From: Eubacterium sp.
GTDB taxonomy: Bacteria > Bacillota > Clostridia > Lachnospirales > Lachnospiraceae
DNA length: 64,000 bases
Assembly: GCA_024696635.1 (NCBI GenBank)
Contig: JAILGP010000002.1
Coordinates: forward strand, 1,276-65,275
Reading direction: 5' to 3'
The notes below the pieces were generated by a model, which saw nothing but the letters and a program-made list of their open reading frames with translations, was not told the DNA's origin and did no database searches. Below, in pieces: positions 27,865 through 38,086 of the stretch. The translations under genes and the position numbers were made by a program. The stretch's first letter is position 1, and each line of letters starts with the position of its first letter.

Positions 27865-29898
27865 ATGATTATCACATTAAAAGATGGATCAACAAAAGAG
27901 TATGATGTCCCTATGTCAGCCATTGATATTGCTAAGGATATCAGTGAAGGACTTGCCAGAGTTGCATGTGTTGCTGAGATTAATGGAGAGGTTAAGGATC
28001 TTAGAACCGTAATTTCTGAGGATTCTACTCTTAATATCCTTACCTTCGATAGTGAAGAGGGTAAGAAAACATTTTGGCATACAGCAAGCCATGTACTTGC
28101 TCAGGCAGTAAAGAGGCTTTATCCTGATGCTAAATGCACAATAGGACCTGCTATTGATAACGGATTCTATTATGATTTCTATATGCCTTCACTTACTAGA
28201 GATGATCTGGATAAGATTGAGGCTGAGATGAAGAAGATTGTAAAGAAGGGTGATGATGTTACCTACTTTACACTTCCAAGAGAAGAGGCTATTAAGCTTA
28301 TGGAGGAAAAGGAGGAGCCTTTCAAGGTTGAACTTATTAAGGATCTTCCTGAAGGCGAAGAGATAAGCTTCTATACACAGGGTGATTTTACAGACCTTTG
28401 TGCAGGACCACATATTATGAACACTAAGGCTATTAAGTTCTTTAAGCTTACATCTTCATCAGCTGCTTATTGGCGTGGTGATGCAAACCGTGAATCACTT
28501 ACACGTATTTACGGTACTGCATTTACAAAGAAGGCTGATTTAGAGGAAAGACTTGAGTATCTTGAGACAGTTAAGCTTCGTGATCATAACAGACTTGGAC
28601 GAGAGCTTGAGTACTTTACAACTGTTGATGTTATCGGACAGGGACTTCCACTTATTATGCCTAAGGGAACTAAGATTATCCAGACATTACAGAGATGGAT
28701 TGAGGATCTTGAGGACTATGAATGGGGTTATGTAAGAACAAAGACTCCACTTATGGCTAAGTCAAATCTTTATAAGCTTTCTGATCACTGGTTCCACTAT
28801 AAGGATGGAATGTTTGTATTAAATGATGACCTTATGAGTGAAGAGGATGCAAAGGAAGATCAGAAGTTTTATAATGATCCTGCTGTTGCACTTAAAAATG
28901 CACAGGAAAATGTATATACAGATAAAAATGGAAGAGAGGTTATGGCTCTTCGTCCTATGACATGTCCATTCCAGTACTTCGTATATAAGGCTAAGCAGCA
29001 TAGCTATCGTGATCTTCCATATCGTATGGGTGAAACTTCAACACTCTTTAGAAATGAAGATTCAGGTGAAATGCATGGACTTACAAGAGTAAGACAGTTT
29101 ACTATTTCTGAAGGACATCTTATCTGTACACCAGAGCAGATTGCTGATGAATTTAAGAATTGTGTAAGGCTTGCTAAGCATTGTCTTACAACACTAGGAC
29201 TTGAGGGAGATGTATCCTACAGAATGAGTAAGTGGGATCCTGAAAATCCTGATAAGTATCTTGGAACTGCAGAGGATTGGGACAGAGTTGAAGGTGCTAT
29301 GCGTGAAATCCTGGATGACATCGGACTTGAATATGTTGAGGCTGCAGGTGAAGCTGCATTCTATGGCCCTAAGCTTGATATTCAGGCAAAGAACGTATAT
29401 GGTAAGGAAGATACAATGATTACAATTCAGCTTGATATGTTCCTGTCAGAAAGATATGACATGACTTATATAGATCAGAATGGTGAGAAGAAGAGACCTT
29501 ATATCATTCATAGAACTTCTATGGGATGCTACGAGAGAACACTTGCATGGCTTATCGAACACTATAACGGAAATCTTCCTACATGGTTATGTCCTGAGCA
29601 GGTTCGTATTCTTCCTATTTCTGAGAAATATATGGATTATGCTGAAGAGGTTAAGAAGGAACTTAGAAAGGCTGATGTCAAGGTTGAAATCGATTCTCGT
29701 TCCGAGAAAATTGGATATAAAATCAGAGAGGCGAGAGTTGACAGACTTCCATATATGCTGATTGTAGGTGCAAATGAAGCTGAAAGCAAAACAGTTTCTG
29801 TTCGTAAGCGTGGAGATGATGGAGACCTTGGTTCCATGGGACTTGGAGAATTTGTAGATAAGATTGCCAAGGAAATCCGTGATAAAGTTCACGAATAA
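27865..29898 (+). CDS. thrS: Threonyl-tRNA synthetase
   Basis: TGS domain, FWHTASH, DLCAGPH, RDHNRLG, ALRPMTCP, AAFYGPKLD, IHRT, EKIGYKIRE; T-box upstream. Confidence 0.98.
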   Translation: MIITLKDGSTKEYDVPMSAIDIAKDISEGLARVACVAEINGEVKDLRTVISEDSTLNILTFDSEEGKKTFWHTASHVLAQAVKRLYPDAKCTIGPAIDNGFYYDFYMPSLTRDDLDKIEAEMKKIVKKGDDVTYFTLPREEAIKLMEEKEEPFKVELIKDLPEGEEISFYTQGDFTDLCAGPHIMNTKAIKFFKLTSSSAAYWRGDANRESLTRIYGTAFTKKADLEERLEYLETVKLRDHNRLGRELEYFTTVDVIGQGLPLIMPKGTKIIQTLQRWIEDLEDYEWGYVRTKTPLMAKSNLYKLSDHWFHYKDGMFVLNDDLMSEEDAKEDQKFYNDPAVALKNAQENVYTDKNGREVMALRPMTCPFQYFVYKAKQHSYRDLPYRMGETSTLFRNEDSGEMHGLTRVRQFTISEGHLICTPEQIADEFKNCVRLAKHCLTTLGLEGDVSYRMSKWDPENPDKYLGTAEDWDRVEGAMREILDDIGLEYVEAAGEAAFYGPKLDIQAKNVYGKEDTMITIQLDMFLSERYDMTYIDQNGEKKRPYIIHRTSMGCYERTLAWLIEHYNGNLPTWLCPEQVRILPISEKYMDYAEEVKKELRKADVKVEIDSRSEKIGYKIREARVDRLPYMLIVGANEAESKTVSVRKRGDDGDLGSMGLGEFVDKIAKEIRDKVHE

Positions 29899-29921
29899 AA
29901 TGATTTTACTTGTTTTTTGGG

Positions 29922-29951
29922 GGCTGATTAGTTTGACTGATCAGCCTTTTT
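29922..29951 (+). terminator. thrS terminator
   Basis: ggctgattag-tttga-ctgatcagcc-ttttt. Confidence 0.75.
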
Positions 29952-30121
29952 ATATTTTGTAATCATATAATAATGATGGGGTATATTCCTTCTAGTTTAC
30001 ATTTATTCCTATGATTATCTTGTTTATATTTGTTTTAATGATTACCTTGTTTGTATCTATTCCTACGATTATAATGTAAAGGTAATTTTTATTTGGTTTT
30101 GAGTATTAAAGAGGTGGGAAA

Positions 30122-31843
30122 ATGAAAAAAATTAAGGCAGTATTAATAATATTTTTTTCAATGATGTTTTTTTTGGCGTCTTTTGTTGGTATTAATGCAG
30201 AAGCGGCAGAAAGTAATGATGATAATAGAAAAGCAGAACATGGTATACCTGTTCTATATTTTGATATAGATGAAAGCAAGGGTACTATACAGGCTATGAA
30301 TTCTAGTCCTGATCATAGTGCTGAGTGCTATGGAAGTGTCAGTATAAAGGTTCCGCAGGGTTATACCTCTGAATATACTGATGAAGAAATTAAAGACATG
30401 GATGATCTTAAGCTTGAATATGTTAGAGGGCGAGGTACATCCTCCTGGTTTATTCCTGATAAAAAGCCATATAAGGTAAAGCTTGATAAGGGTGTTGATC
30501 TTTTTGGTATGGGTAAGAATAAACACTGGGTTCTTCTTGCAAATGCACTTGATTCAACAAATTTGAGGAATAAAGTTACTTATTGGATTGGTCAGGAAAT
30601 GGGAATGGATTATGTAAGTAAGTCTATTCCTGTTGAAGTCGTAATGAATGGCGAATACTATGGTTTATATTATCTTACTGAGCAGGTAAGGGTAGGAAAG
30701 ACCAGAGTAAATATAGATGAACTTAAGGAAAAGGATGATTCTCAGGATAAGATAAGTGGTGGTTATCTTCTTGCTATGGACCCGGATAATCAGTCGGTAA
30801 CAGATGAGATGTTTACAACCACAAGGGATGTAAAATTCGAATATGATACACCAGATTTTCTGGAATATTCTAATGATGTCCAGAGAAATTATATATGTAA
30901 TTATCTGCAGAAAACAGAAAATGCTATCTTTGGTCAGGATTTCAAAGATGAGAATGGCGTGAGCTACAAGGATTATATGGATCTTCAGTCGGCTGTAGAT
31001 TATTGGCTTATACAGCAATTTACCCGTAATGGTGATGGATTTAGGACATCAAGTACATATCTATATAAAAAGAGAGATGGGAAGCTTTATTGGGGACCTA
31101 TATGGGATTTTGATGTTTCAACTTATGGCGATCTGTCTCAGGAATTTGCAGATACAGAGGGCTTCAATCCTTCTATGGTCTGGTTTGAACGAATGAAGAA
31201 GGATGAGGATTTTGTTTCTCTTGTAAAAGAAAGATGGAATCTGATGTATGAAAAACTTTTAGAATTAACTGCAACAGATGGACCTATCGATGTACACTAT
31301 AATGCTATAAAGGTTGCAGAAAAGTATAATGCAGAAAAATGGTCATCCGATGCCGGAACCGGTACATTTGCCGGAGATGTAGAAGTACTTAAGCTATGGA
31401 TTGATAAGAGAAGGGAATGGATTAATAATAATCTTGATAAAGCCTTTGACCTTTTCCCTATTTATGAATATCAGTGGATTGATGGACAATGGTATGACAT
31501 TAATGGAAGTGATTATTACCAGGCGAAAGGGTCTTGGAAGCAGAATGATAAGGGCTGGTGGTTTGAGGATTCTAGTGGCTGGTATGCAAAAAATGGCTGG
31601 TATAAAATAGATTTTACCTGGTATTACTTTGATCAAAATGGTTATATGGTATCTGATTCCTGGAAGGATGGATATTATCTTAGTAAGGATGGCGGGCTAA
31701 AGGACTTTGCCAAGGGTCAGTGGAAGAAGAATGATACTGGTTGGTATTATGAAGATAGTCTTAATTGGTATCCGGTGGACTGCTGGCAGAAAATAGATGA
31801 AAGCTGGTATTATTTTAATTCCAATGGTTATTGGGAAGAGTAA
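30122..31843 (+). CDS. Secreted CotH-family kinase-like protein with C-terminal Trp-rich cell-wall-binding repeats
   Basis: Signal peptide; RGRGTSSW, KKPYKVKL, WVLLAN, YYGLYYLTEQV, WGPIWDFD; GSWKQNDKGWWFEDSSGWY...WYYF repeats. Confidence 0.85.
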   Translation: MKKIKAVLIIFFSMMFFLASFVGINAEAAESNDDNRKAEHGIPVLYFDIDESKGTIQAMNSSPDHSAECYGSVSIKVPQGYTSEYTDEEIKDMDDLKLEYVRGRGTSSWFIPDKKPYKVKLDKGVDLFGMGKNKHWVLLANALDSTNLRNKVTYWIGQEMGMDYVSKSIPVEVVMNGEYYGLYYLTEQVRVGKTRVNIDELKEKDDSQDKISGGYLLAMDPDNQSVTDEMFTTTRDVKFEYDTPDFLEYSNDVQRNYICNYLQKTENAIFGQDFKDENGVSYKDYMDLQSAVDYWLIQQFTRNGDGFRTSSTYLYKKRDGKLYWGPIWDFDVSTYGDLSQEFADTEGFNPSMVWFERMKKDEDFVSLVKERWNLMYEKLLELTATDGPIDVHYNAIKVAEKYNAEKWSSDAGTGTFAGDVEVLKLWIDKRREWINNNLDKAFDLFPIYEYQWIDGQWYDINGSDYYQAKGSWKQNDKGWWFEDSSGWYAKNGWYKIDFTWYYFDQNGYMVSDSWKDGYYLSKDGGLKDFAKGQWKKNDTGWYYEDSLNWYPVDCWQKIDESWYYFNSNGYWEE

Positions 31844-32042
31844 TACTTGTAGTTAGAATAAATAAAGCTTGCAAATATTTTGAATAGATAACATAATGGC
31901 TCTATTGCAAAATTGGTTAAATCATATTTTATTGATTTATAAAATTGATTTTACTTTTGGAGTCTTTATAATACTTGATAAAAAAGTTATTTGATTTAAT
32001 AAAAATAACAAATAAATATTTATAAATAAAAGAGGGAAAAAA

Positions 32043-33641
32043 ATGGACGAATTTAATCAAAACACTAATCAGGGTTATTCGCAGGAAGGTTATGGTCAGC
32101 CACAGCAGGGATACGGCCAGCCACAGCAGCCAGATTATGGTCAGCCACAGCAGCCAGATTATGGTCAGCCACAGCAGGGATACGGCCAACCACAGCAGCC
32201 AGGATACGGTCAGCCACAGCAGCCAGGATACGGTCAGCCACAGCAGGGATACGGTCAGCCACAGCAGCCAGGATACGGTCAGCCACAGCAGGAATACGGT
32301 CAGCCACAGCAGGGATACGGCCAGCCACAGCAGGGATATGGTCAGCCACAGCAGCCAGGATATGGTCAACCACAGCAATCGATACCTCAACCCCAGCAAT
32401 TAAAGGGGCCTCAGGGACCAGGTGGAAATGGTGGTAAGAAAAAGGGACCTATTGGTCTAATAATAGGAATAGCTGTTCTGGCTCTTCTGATAATCATTGG
32501 AATAATAGTTCTTGTTGGAAAGCTCTTTAATATAAAATTTGAAAATGGATATACAAGTTCAGATGAAGTGATAGAAAAGGTATTTCAAGCTTTGAATGAT
32601 GGAGATAAAGATGATTTCTTTAAGTGTTTCCCGGATGAAAAGTATTTAACTGGTAAGGAAAGCCTTGAAACTGCATTTACAACAATTGTTGATGACAATG
32701 ATATAACTTTTGATATAGATTCTATTGAGGTTCTTAATGAAGAAGCTATGTCTAAAGAAGAAATTAAAAGAAGTATACATGGTATAAAGGTAGAGGAAGG
32801 ACTGAGTAAAAGAATTAAGATAGTAGCCACTCAAAAAGTAGGCGATGTAACTGGAGATTTCTCACAGGAATATGACCTTAATATGGTAAAGGTTAAGGAT
32901 CATTGGGTGCTTCTTTTGTTTGAATCAGACCTCGACTCAGTAGAAGTTATATCTTCAGAGGAAGCAACTACAGAAGAAGTTACAACAGAAGCTACAACAG
33001 AAGCAACAACAGAAGCAACAACAGAAGCTACAACAGAAGCTACAACGGAGGCAACCACAGAAGCCGCTACAGAGGCTGCATCAGCGACGGATGCTTCTGT
33101 TAATACTCCAGCTGATTTATCAGATGACATTTACTCAGAGCAGATTTCTATAGATGGAGTTGTGTATCATCTTCCATTTGCTTATTCATTAATAGCAGAT
33201 AAGTATACATTTGATCTCGCAGATTATGGTGAAGATGAAAGCTATTCATTAGATTCAAATTCATATATTATCAGTACTGTAAATCTTGAAAATCCAAATT
33301 TCGATGAGGATTTTGATTTCTATGTTGGCTTTATGAATAATAGCGGATCATCATTACCTATAAAAGAAACAGATGTATGGAATATTGATTTCGATATAGC
33401 ATGGTGTGAAACTGAAAATTATCCTGAGGTTATTCTTCCTAAGGGAATTACCTGGGGATCTACAATAGATGAGATTAAGGCTGCATATGGTGAACCTACT
33501 AGTGATCCTTATTATGCTGACAGTCTTAAATATTGGGAATATAGATATGAAGATGAAGAATATGACTATAGTTTAACATTAACTATTTATGAAGATGGTG
33601 GCCTTAAGGGTATAGATATAAAGAGCTATAAGAACGATTAA
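32043..33641 (+). CDS. Single-pass membrane protein with GYGQPQQ(P) repeat cytoplasmic tail and TTEA-repeat linker
   Basis: GAGGG RBS; repeat N-terminus; KKK followed by a TM helix; acidic extracellular domains. Confidence 0.75.
   Translation: MDEFNQNTNQGYSQEGYGQPQQGYGQPQQPDYGQPQQPDYGQPQQGYGQPQQPGYGQPQQPGYGQPQQGYGQPQQPGYGQPQQEYGQPQQGYGQPQQGYGQPQQPGYGQPQQSIPQPQQLKGPQGPGGNGGKKKGPIGLIIGIAVLALLIIIGIIVLVGKLFNIKFENGYTSSDEVIEKVFQALNDGDKDDFFKCFPDEKYLTGKESLETAFTTIVDDNDITFDIDSIEVLNEEAMSKEEIKRSIHGIKVEEGLSKRIKIVATQKVGDVTGDFSQEYDLNMVKVKDHWVLLLFESDLDSVEVISSEEATTEEVTTEATTEATTEATTEATTEATTEATTEAATEAASATDASVNTPADLSDDIYSEQISIDGVVYHLPFAYSLIADKYTFDLADYGEDESYSLDSNSYIISTVNLENPNFDEDFDFYVGFMNNSGSSLPIKETDVWNIDFDIAWCETENYPEVILPKGITWGSTIDEIKAAYGEPTSDPYYADSLKYWEYRYEDEEYDYSLTLTIYEDGGLKGIDIKSYKND
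32090..32375 (+). repeat. 21/24-bp coding tandem repeats (GYGQPQQ / GYGQPQQP)
   Basis: About 12 units of ggatacggtcagccacagcag(cca). Confidence 0.9.
32960..33075 (+). repeat. 12-bp coding repeat (ATTE/TTEA)
   Basis: gcaacaacagaa / gctacaacagaa units. Confidence 0.85.
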
Positions 33642-33765
33642 TAATTAGAATATATCTCCTCTAAGTTTTAAACTTGGAGGAGATTTTTTTGTGCAAAAAT
33701 TTTTTCGCTGGCTTAATTATAATAAATATATCTTAAAAAAATCTTTTATTAGGAGGATTAATGAT

Positions 33766-34119
33766 ATGTTTAGAGGAAAGCCCTCAGGAAGAATATTAAT
33801 AATAATTGGGATAATATTAGCTGCTTTTGTTATAGCTTTAATTATTATTGGATTATGTAATAAGACAACGGTCAATAATGCTTTTTTTTCGAATTTAATC
33901 CAAAATATAAAATATTGGTTTGCTTATTCATTGGCATTATGGATATTTGTATTTATTCCGTTGAGAAGATTATTTGGGAGATGGGTGGTGAGATTCGGTT
34001 TTTTTGCTTCAGGCATTTTAGTAGCATTAGCATATATGATTCCTGCTGTTAGTACATATATTATTGCCGCGGTTATTATGATTCTGTTATTTAGATTTGT
34101 TCTTGGTAAACTCTTTTAA
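33766..34119 (+). CDS. Small hypothetical membrane protein
   Basis: AGGAGG RBS before ATG 33766; hydrophobic segments. Confidence 0.65.
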   Translation: MFRGKPSGRILIIIGIILAAFVIALIIIGLCNKTTVNNAFFSNLIQNIKYWFAYSLALWIFVFIPLRRLFGRWVVRFGFFASGILVALAYMIPAVSTYIIAAVIMILLFRFVLGKLF

Positions 34120-34271
34120 GGCTTGGATTTGATAATTCTTGAATGCTGATTTAATATCTTTGTGGTATACTTACACTTGATTTTTGGCTTTACATGTTAT
34201 AGCATTTAGAAATTATAGGTGGCTAAATATGCTGCGTTAAAGATTTATTTAAATTTTTTGGAGGAAAAAAC

Positions 34272-35624
34272 ATGGCTGGAATTATTGAACCACGCACACT
34301 TTCAGGATTTATGGAATTATTACCACAGGATCAGGTTGTTTTTGAAAAAATAAAGAATCAGCTTGAGAAAATATATTTGCAATATGGATTCTATCCTCTT
34401 GATACTCCGATTTTAGAGGATAGCAGAATACTTCTTGCAAAGGCCGGAGGTGAGACCGAGAAACAGATTTATAGATTTACTAAGGGAGATACAGATCTTA
34501 CTATGAGATTTGATCTTACTGTTCCTCTCGCTAAATATGTGGCTAAGAATTATTCTGACCTTACATTTCCTTTCAGAAGATATCAGATTGGAAAGGTTTA
34601 TAGGGGAGAGCGTGCACAGAGAGGAAGATTCAGAGAGTTTTATCAGGCAGATATAGATATCATTGGAGATGGTAAGCTTAGTATAATAAATGATGCTGAG
34701 ATTCCAAGTATTATTTATTCTATATTTACTGGTATAGGAATTGACGAATTTATTATACATATTAATAACCGTAAGGTCTTAAATGGTCTGTTTTCACTTT
34801 TGAATATAAAGGATTATTCAGCTGATATCATGAGAACTATCGATAAGATTGAGAAGATAGGAAGAGAAAATGTTAAGGCTGAGATTTTGGATATGGGTGT
34901 AAGTGAAGATGCAATTGATAAGATATTAGAGACTATTACATTTAAGGGAAGCAAAGAGGATATACTTAATTATCTTGGACAGTTTACAGGAAAGGATGAG
35001 ACCTTTGATACAGGTCTGGAAGAGCTTACATCTGTTGTAAATAATATAAAGGGCTTTGGTGTTCCTGATGAATATGTCATGATTGATCTTGCTATTGCCC
35101 GTGGTCTTGATTATTATACTGGAACCGTTTACGAGACATTTATCACAGGACATCCTGAATATGGCAGTGTCTGCAGTGGTGGAAGATATGATAATCTGGC
35201 TGAATATTATACTAAGAAGTCCCTTCCTGGAGTTGGAATATCGATTGGTCTTACAAGACTTTTCCATGTTCTTTCAGATAATGGTTTCCTTAATAGAAAA
35301 CACGAGAATCCAATCGATGTTCTTGTAATTCCTGTATCTGATCAGGTTGAAAATGCATTAACTGTTGCTACAGCTTTTAGAGCTGCTGGTATCAATACCG
35401 CAGTTTATACTGAGACAGCTAAGCTTAAGAAAAAATTGACATACGCAAATAAGCTGGCTATTCCTTTCTCGGTATTTATAAATGAAGAAAGTGCTGAGAA
35501 TGTAGAGCTTAAGAATATGGAATCTGGTGATCAGGTTACAATTTCAGTTGACGAGGCTATTTCTCAGATTCTTGCTGCAAAGGCTGAGCTTGGCAAAGAA
35601 AAGTTTGTTGAGATGAAAAAATAA
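34272..35624 (+). CDS. hisS: Histidyl-tRNA synthetase
   Basis: PRTLSGFMELLP, RFDLTVPLA, YRGERAQRGRFREFYQAD, RGLDYYTG, GGRYDNL. Confidence 0.97.
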   Translation: MAGIIEPRTLSGFMELLPQDQVVFEKIKNQLEKIYLQYGFYPLDTPILEDSRILLAKAGGETEKQIYRFTKGDTDLTMRFDLTVPLAKYVAKNYSDLTFPFRRYQIGKVYRGERAQRGRFREFYQADIDIIGDGKLSIINDAEIPSIIYSIFTGIGIDEFIIHINNRKVLNGLFSLLNIKDYSADIMRTIDKIEKIGRENVKAEILDMGVSEDAIDKILETITFKGSKEDILNYLGQFTGKDETFDTGLEELTSVVNNIKGFGVPDEYVMIDLAIARGLDYYTGTVYETFITGHPEYGSVCSGGRYDNLAEYYTKKSLPGVGISIGLTRLFHVLSDNGFLNRKHENPIDVLVIPVSDQVENALTVATAFRAAGINTAVYTETAKLKKKLTYANKLAIPFSVFINEESAENVELKNMESGDQVTISVDEAISQILAAKAELGKEKFVEMKK

Positions 35625-35690
35625 ATTTGAAAAAATAAATTTGAAAAAATAGATTTGAAAAAATAGATTTGAATTAGATTATTTAAAAAT
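35621..35690. repeat. 14-bp intergenic tandem repeat (ata[ag]atttgaaaaa x4)
   Basis: Units at 35621, 35635, 35649 and 35663. Confidence 0.85.
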
Positions 35691-35738
35691 ATTTGAATAA
35701 TTGGATTTGATAAGCAGATTTAAATAAGGAGATTTAAA

Positions 35739-37091
35739 ATGGTTGTAAGAGAAGAAGTTAGGAAAATGAAAAGTGTGGCGCCTCTTGTAGCCGGTCTTAG
35801 TAATGAAAAAAGATGTAATGCCCTTATTCTTATAGCAGATAGACTTGAAGAAAAGAAGGAAGAAATATTCATAGAGAATAAGAAGGATCTGGATTTTGCG
35901 GCTCAAAATGGGGTTGCTGAGTCTATTGTTAAGAGGCTTAAGTTTGATGAGGGTAAGCTTAGAGATGTGGTAGCCGGAATTAAGCAGCTTATAAGTCTTG
36001 AGGATCCTATTGGAAAGCTTACTCTTCATAGAGAATTGGATACTGATCTTATTCTGAAGCGTATTACATGTCCTATTGGAGTTATTGGTATCATCTTCGA
36101 AGCCAGACCTGATGCTCTTGTTCAGATTTCGACACTTTGTATCAGAAGTGGAAATTGCCCTGTATTAAAGGGAGGTAAGGAGACTACCAATACTAATCGA
36201 ATTCTCTTTAATATTATATATGAAGCTGTTTTAGAGGCTGGCTTTCCAGAGGGATGTATGCTTGCAGTTGAGCAGCATAATGAGATAGATGAGCTTCTTA
36301 AGTGTGAGGGACTGGTTGATCTTCTTATACCAAGAGGTTCGAATGCATTTGTCAGATATATAATGGATAATACGCATATTCCTGTAATGGGACATGCTGA
36401 TGGAATATGTCATATTTATGTGGATGAATGGGCCGATATTGATACAGCTATCAAGGTTATACTTGATGCAAAGACACAATATACAGCTGCTTGTAATGCA
36501 GTTGAGACATTACTTATAAATAGAAACCAGCTGCTTATAAAGAATTTTATTCCTCGTCTTATTGAAGCCCTTGCAGAAAATGGAATTAAGCTTAGGGGTA
36601 CTAGTGAGATTACAGCTTTAGCTGATGAATTTTATAAGAATCATCCTGTAAATACAGAAGCTGATAATAGTGAAAATGTTAATCAAAAGCTTGATTATGA
36701 AACTATAGATGAATCAGAATTCAAGGAATATCTTTCACTGATAGTTTCAGCCAGATTTGTAGATAATCTGGATGAGGCTGCAGATTTTATTAATCAGCAT
36801 GGTTCCCATCACACAGATTGTATAATTACCTCTAGTGATGATAATGCTGACAGATTTATGCAGCTGGTTGATTCAGCAGGAGTTTATAGAAATTGTTCTA
36901 CTAGATTTGCTGATGGATTCAGATACGGATTTGGAGCTGAGGTTGGAATAAGTACAAGCAAGATTCATGCAAGAGGTCCTGTTGGACTCGAGGGTCTTGT
37001 AACATATAAATATATGCTTACCGGACGTGGCCATATTGTAGGAGAATATGCAAGTGGTCAGAAGAGTTTTCACCATAAGGATTTATTATAA
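35739..37091 (+). CDS. proA: Gamma-glutamyl phosphate reductase
   Basis: PIGVIGIIFEARP, LKGGKE, IPRGS, GHADGICH, ACNAVETLL, STRFADG..YGFGAEVGIST, HARGPVGL. Confidence 0.96.
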   Translation: MVVREEVRKMKSVAPLVAGLSNEKRCNALILIADRLEEKKEEIFIENKKDLDFAAQNGVAESIVKRLKFDEGKLRDVVAGIKQLISLEDPIGKLTLHRELDTDLILKRITCPIGVIGIIFEARPDALVQISTLCIRSGNCPVLKGGKETTNTNRILFNIIYEAVLEAGFPEGCMLAVEQHNEIDELLKCEGLVDLLIPRGSNAFVRYIMDNTHIPVMGHADGICHIYVDEWADIDTAIKVILDAKTQYTAACNAVETLLINRNQLLIKNFIPRLIEALAENGIKLRGTSEITALADEFYKNHPVNTEADNSENVNQKLDYETIDESEFKEYLSLIVSARFVDNLDEAADFINQHGSHHTDCIITSSDDNADRFMQLVDSAGVYRNCSTRFADGFRYGFGAEVGISTSKIHARGPVGLEGLVTYKYMLTGRGHIVGEYASGQKSFHHKDLL

Positions 37092-37159
37092 AGATTATAT
37101 ACAAAATAATTTAATGATAATTTAACAGAAATATTAAGGATAAAAATAGGGGACCAGCT

Positions 37160-37378
37160 TTATAGAAGCTGGTCCTCATCACTTTCTATGTAGGATACAA
37201 TATTCTCAACCGGACAGTTGAATATACGACATAGGTCATTTATGGTTGTGGTGCTCATAGGCATGTCATGTCTTAATTTCTGTATTGTTGAGCTTGATAT
37301 TTTGTGATAGGAAATAAGAGAATAAGTACTTTCATTGGATTCCTTAAGGGTCTTCCAAAATGGTTTGTAACAAATCAT
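37160..37378 (-). CDS. Small Cro/C1-type HTH protein
   Basis: MICYKPFWKTL...STIQKLR...TINDLCRIFNCPVENIV pattern; AGAGG RBS. Confidence 0.8.
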   Translation of the reverse strand: MICYKPFWKTLKESNESTYSLISYHKISSSTIQKLRHDMPMSTTTINDLCRIFNCPVENIVSYIESDEDQLL

Positions 37379-38086
37379 AATATACCTCTTTTAAATTTAT
37401 AATCCCATACTATAGTTTTTTATGTTTATCATTAAAAGATTAACTGTTCCCCATTTGAATCATATAAAATCTTATTTAACCCCCACTTTTAGTAACCCTG
37501 TTTTCCTTTTTTTTTCGCCCCCTTTGCCCCTGTGATATTTGCGCCATGCTAACAAGGTGCTTGGTCATTTTAAGGGACTTGATATTAAATTAATATGCTC
37601 GAAAAAACAACTATATAAAAAATGACTAAAACGGAATTGCAAATAAAAATATGATTTTTGCAAAACAATTAAATGATTAATACAAATATAGTATTGATGT
37701 TAGCGGTAAAAAATATTAGAATTTGTAATTTATTTTCCTGTTTTGTCATCATACAGCTTTTATTATTTTATGAATATGTTTAATAATTTGATTCTAAACT
37801 ACTTGTATATAAAGATACTTAAGAAATCATAAAGAAACATTGTAAGATCCCATCATTTACTAAAAAATAAGGTCGTTCACTAAGAAATAATGTCGTTCAC
37901 TAAATTAAAATGGCAATTCACGACAAATTTGTTATAATGTTATCTTTATTAAGGTAATCTTAAGAAAAATTTTAAGTTTTATGTATAGAATGCAAAAGTA
38001 CTGTATGATATTATAATCGAGGTACTGAAAAGTAACTTTCAGTGAAGGGACTTTGCAATATTTTAACTAATGTGAAAGGATGGAAC

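Noticed and set aside
31929-32403. Alternative-frame and antisense ORFs (LLWL, PAVAD, SHSSQ repeats)
   Set aside because: Shadows of the GYGQPQQ repeat, which lacks stops in several frames; no RBS.
37470-37575. C/G-rich intergenic patch with a ~30-codon minus-strand ORF
   Set aside because: No RBS, recognisable motif or stable structure; insufficient support.
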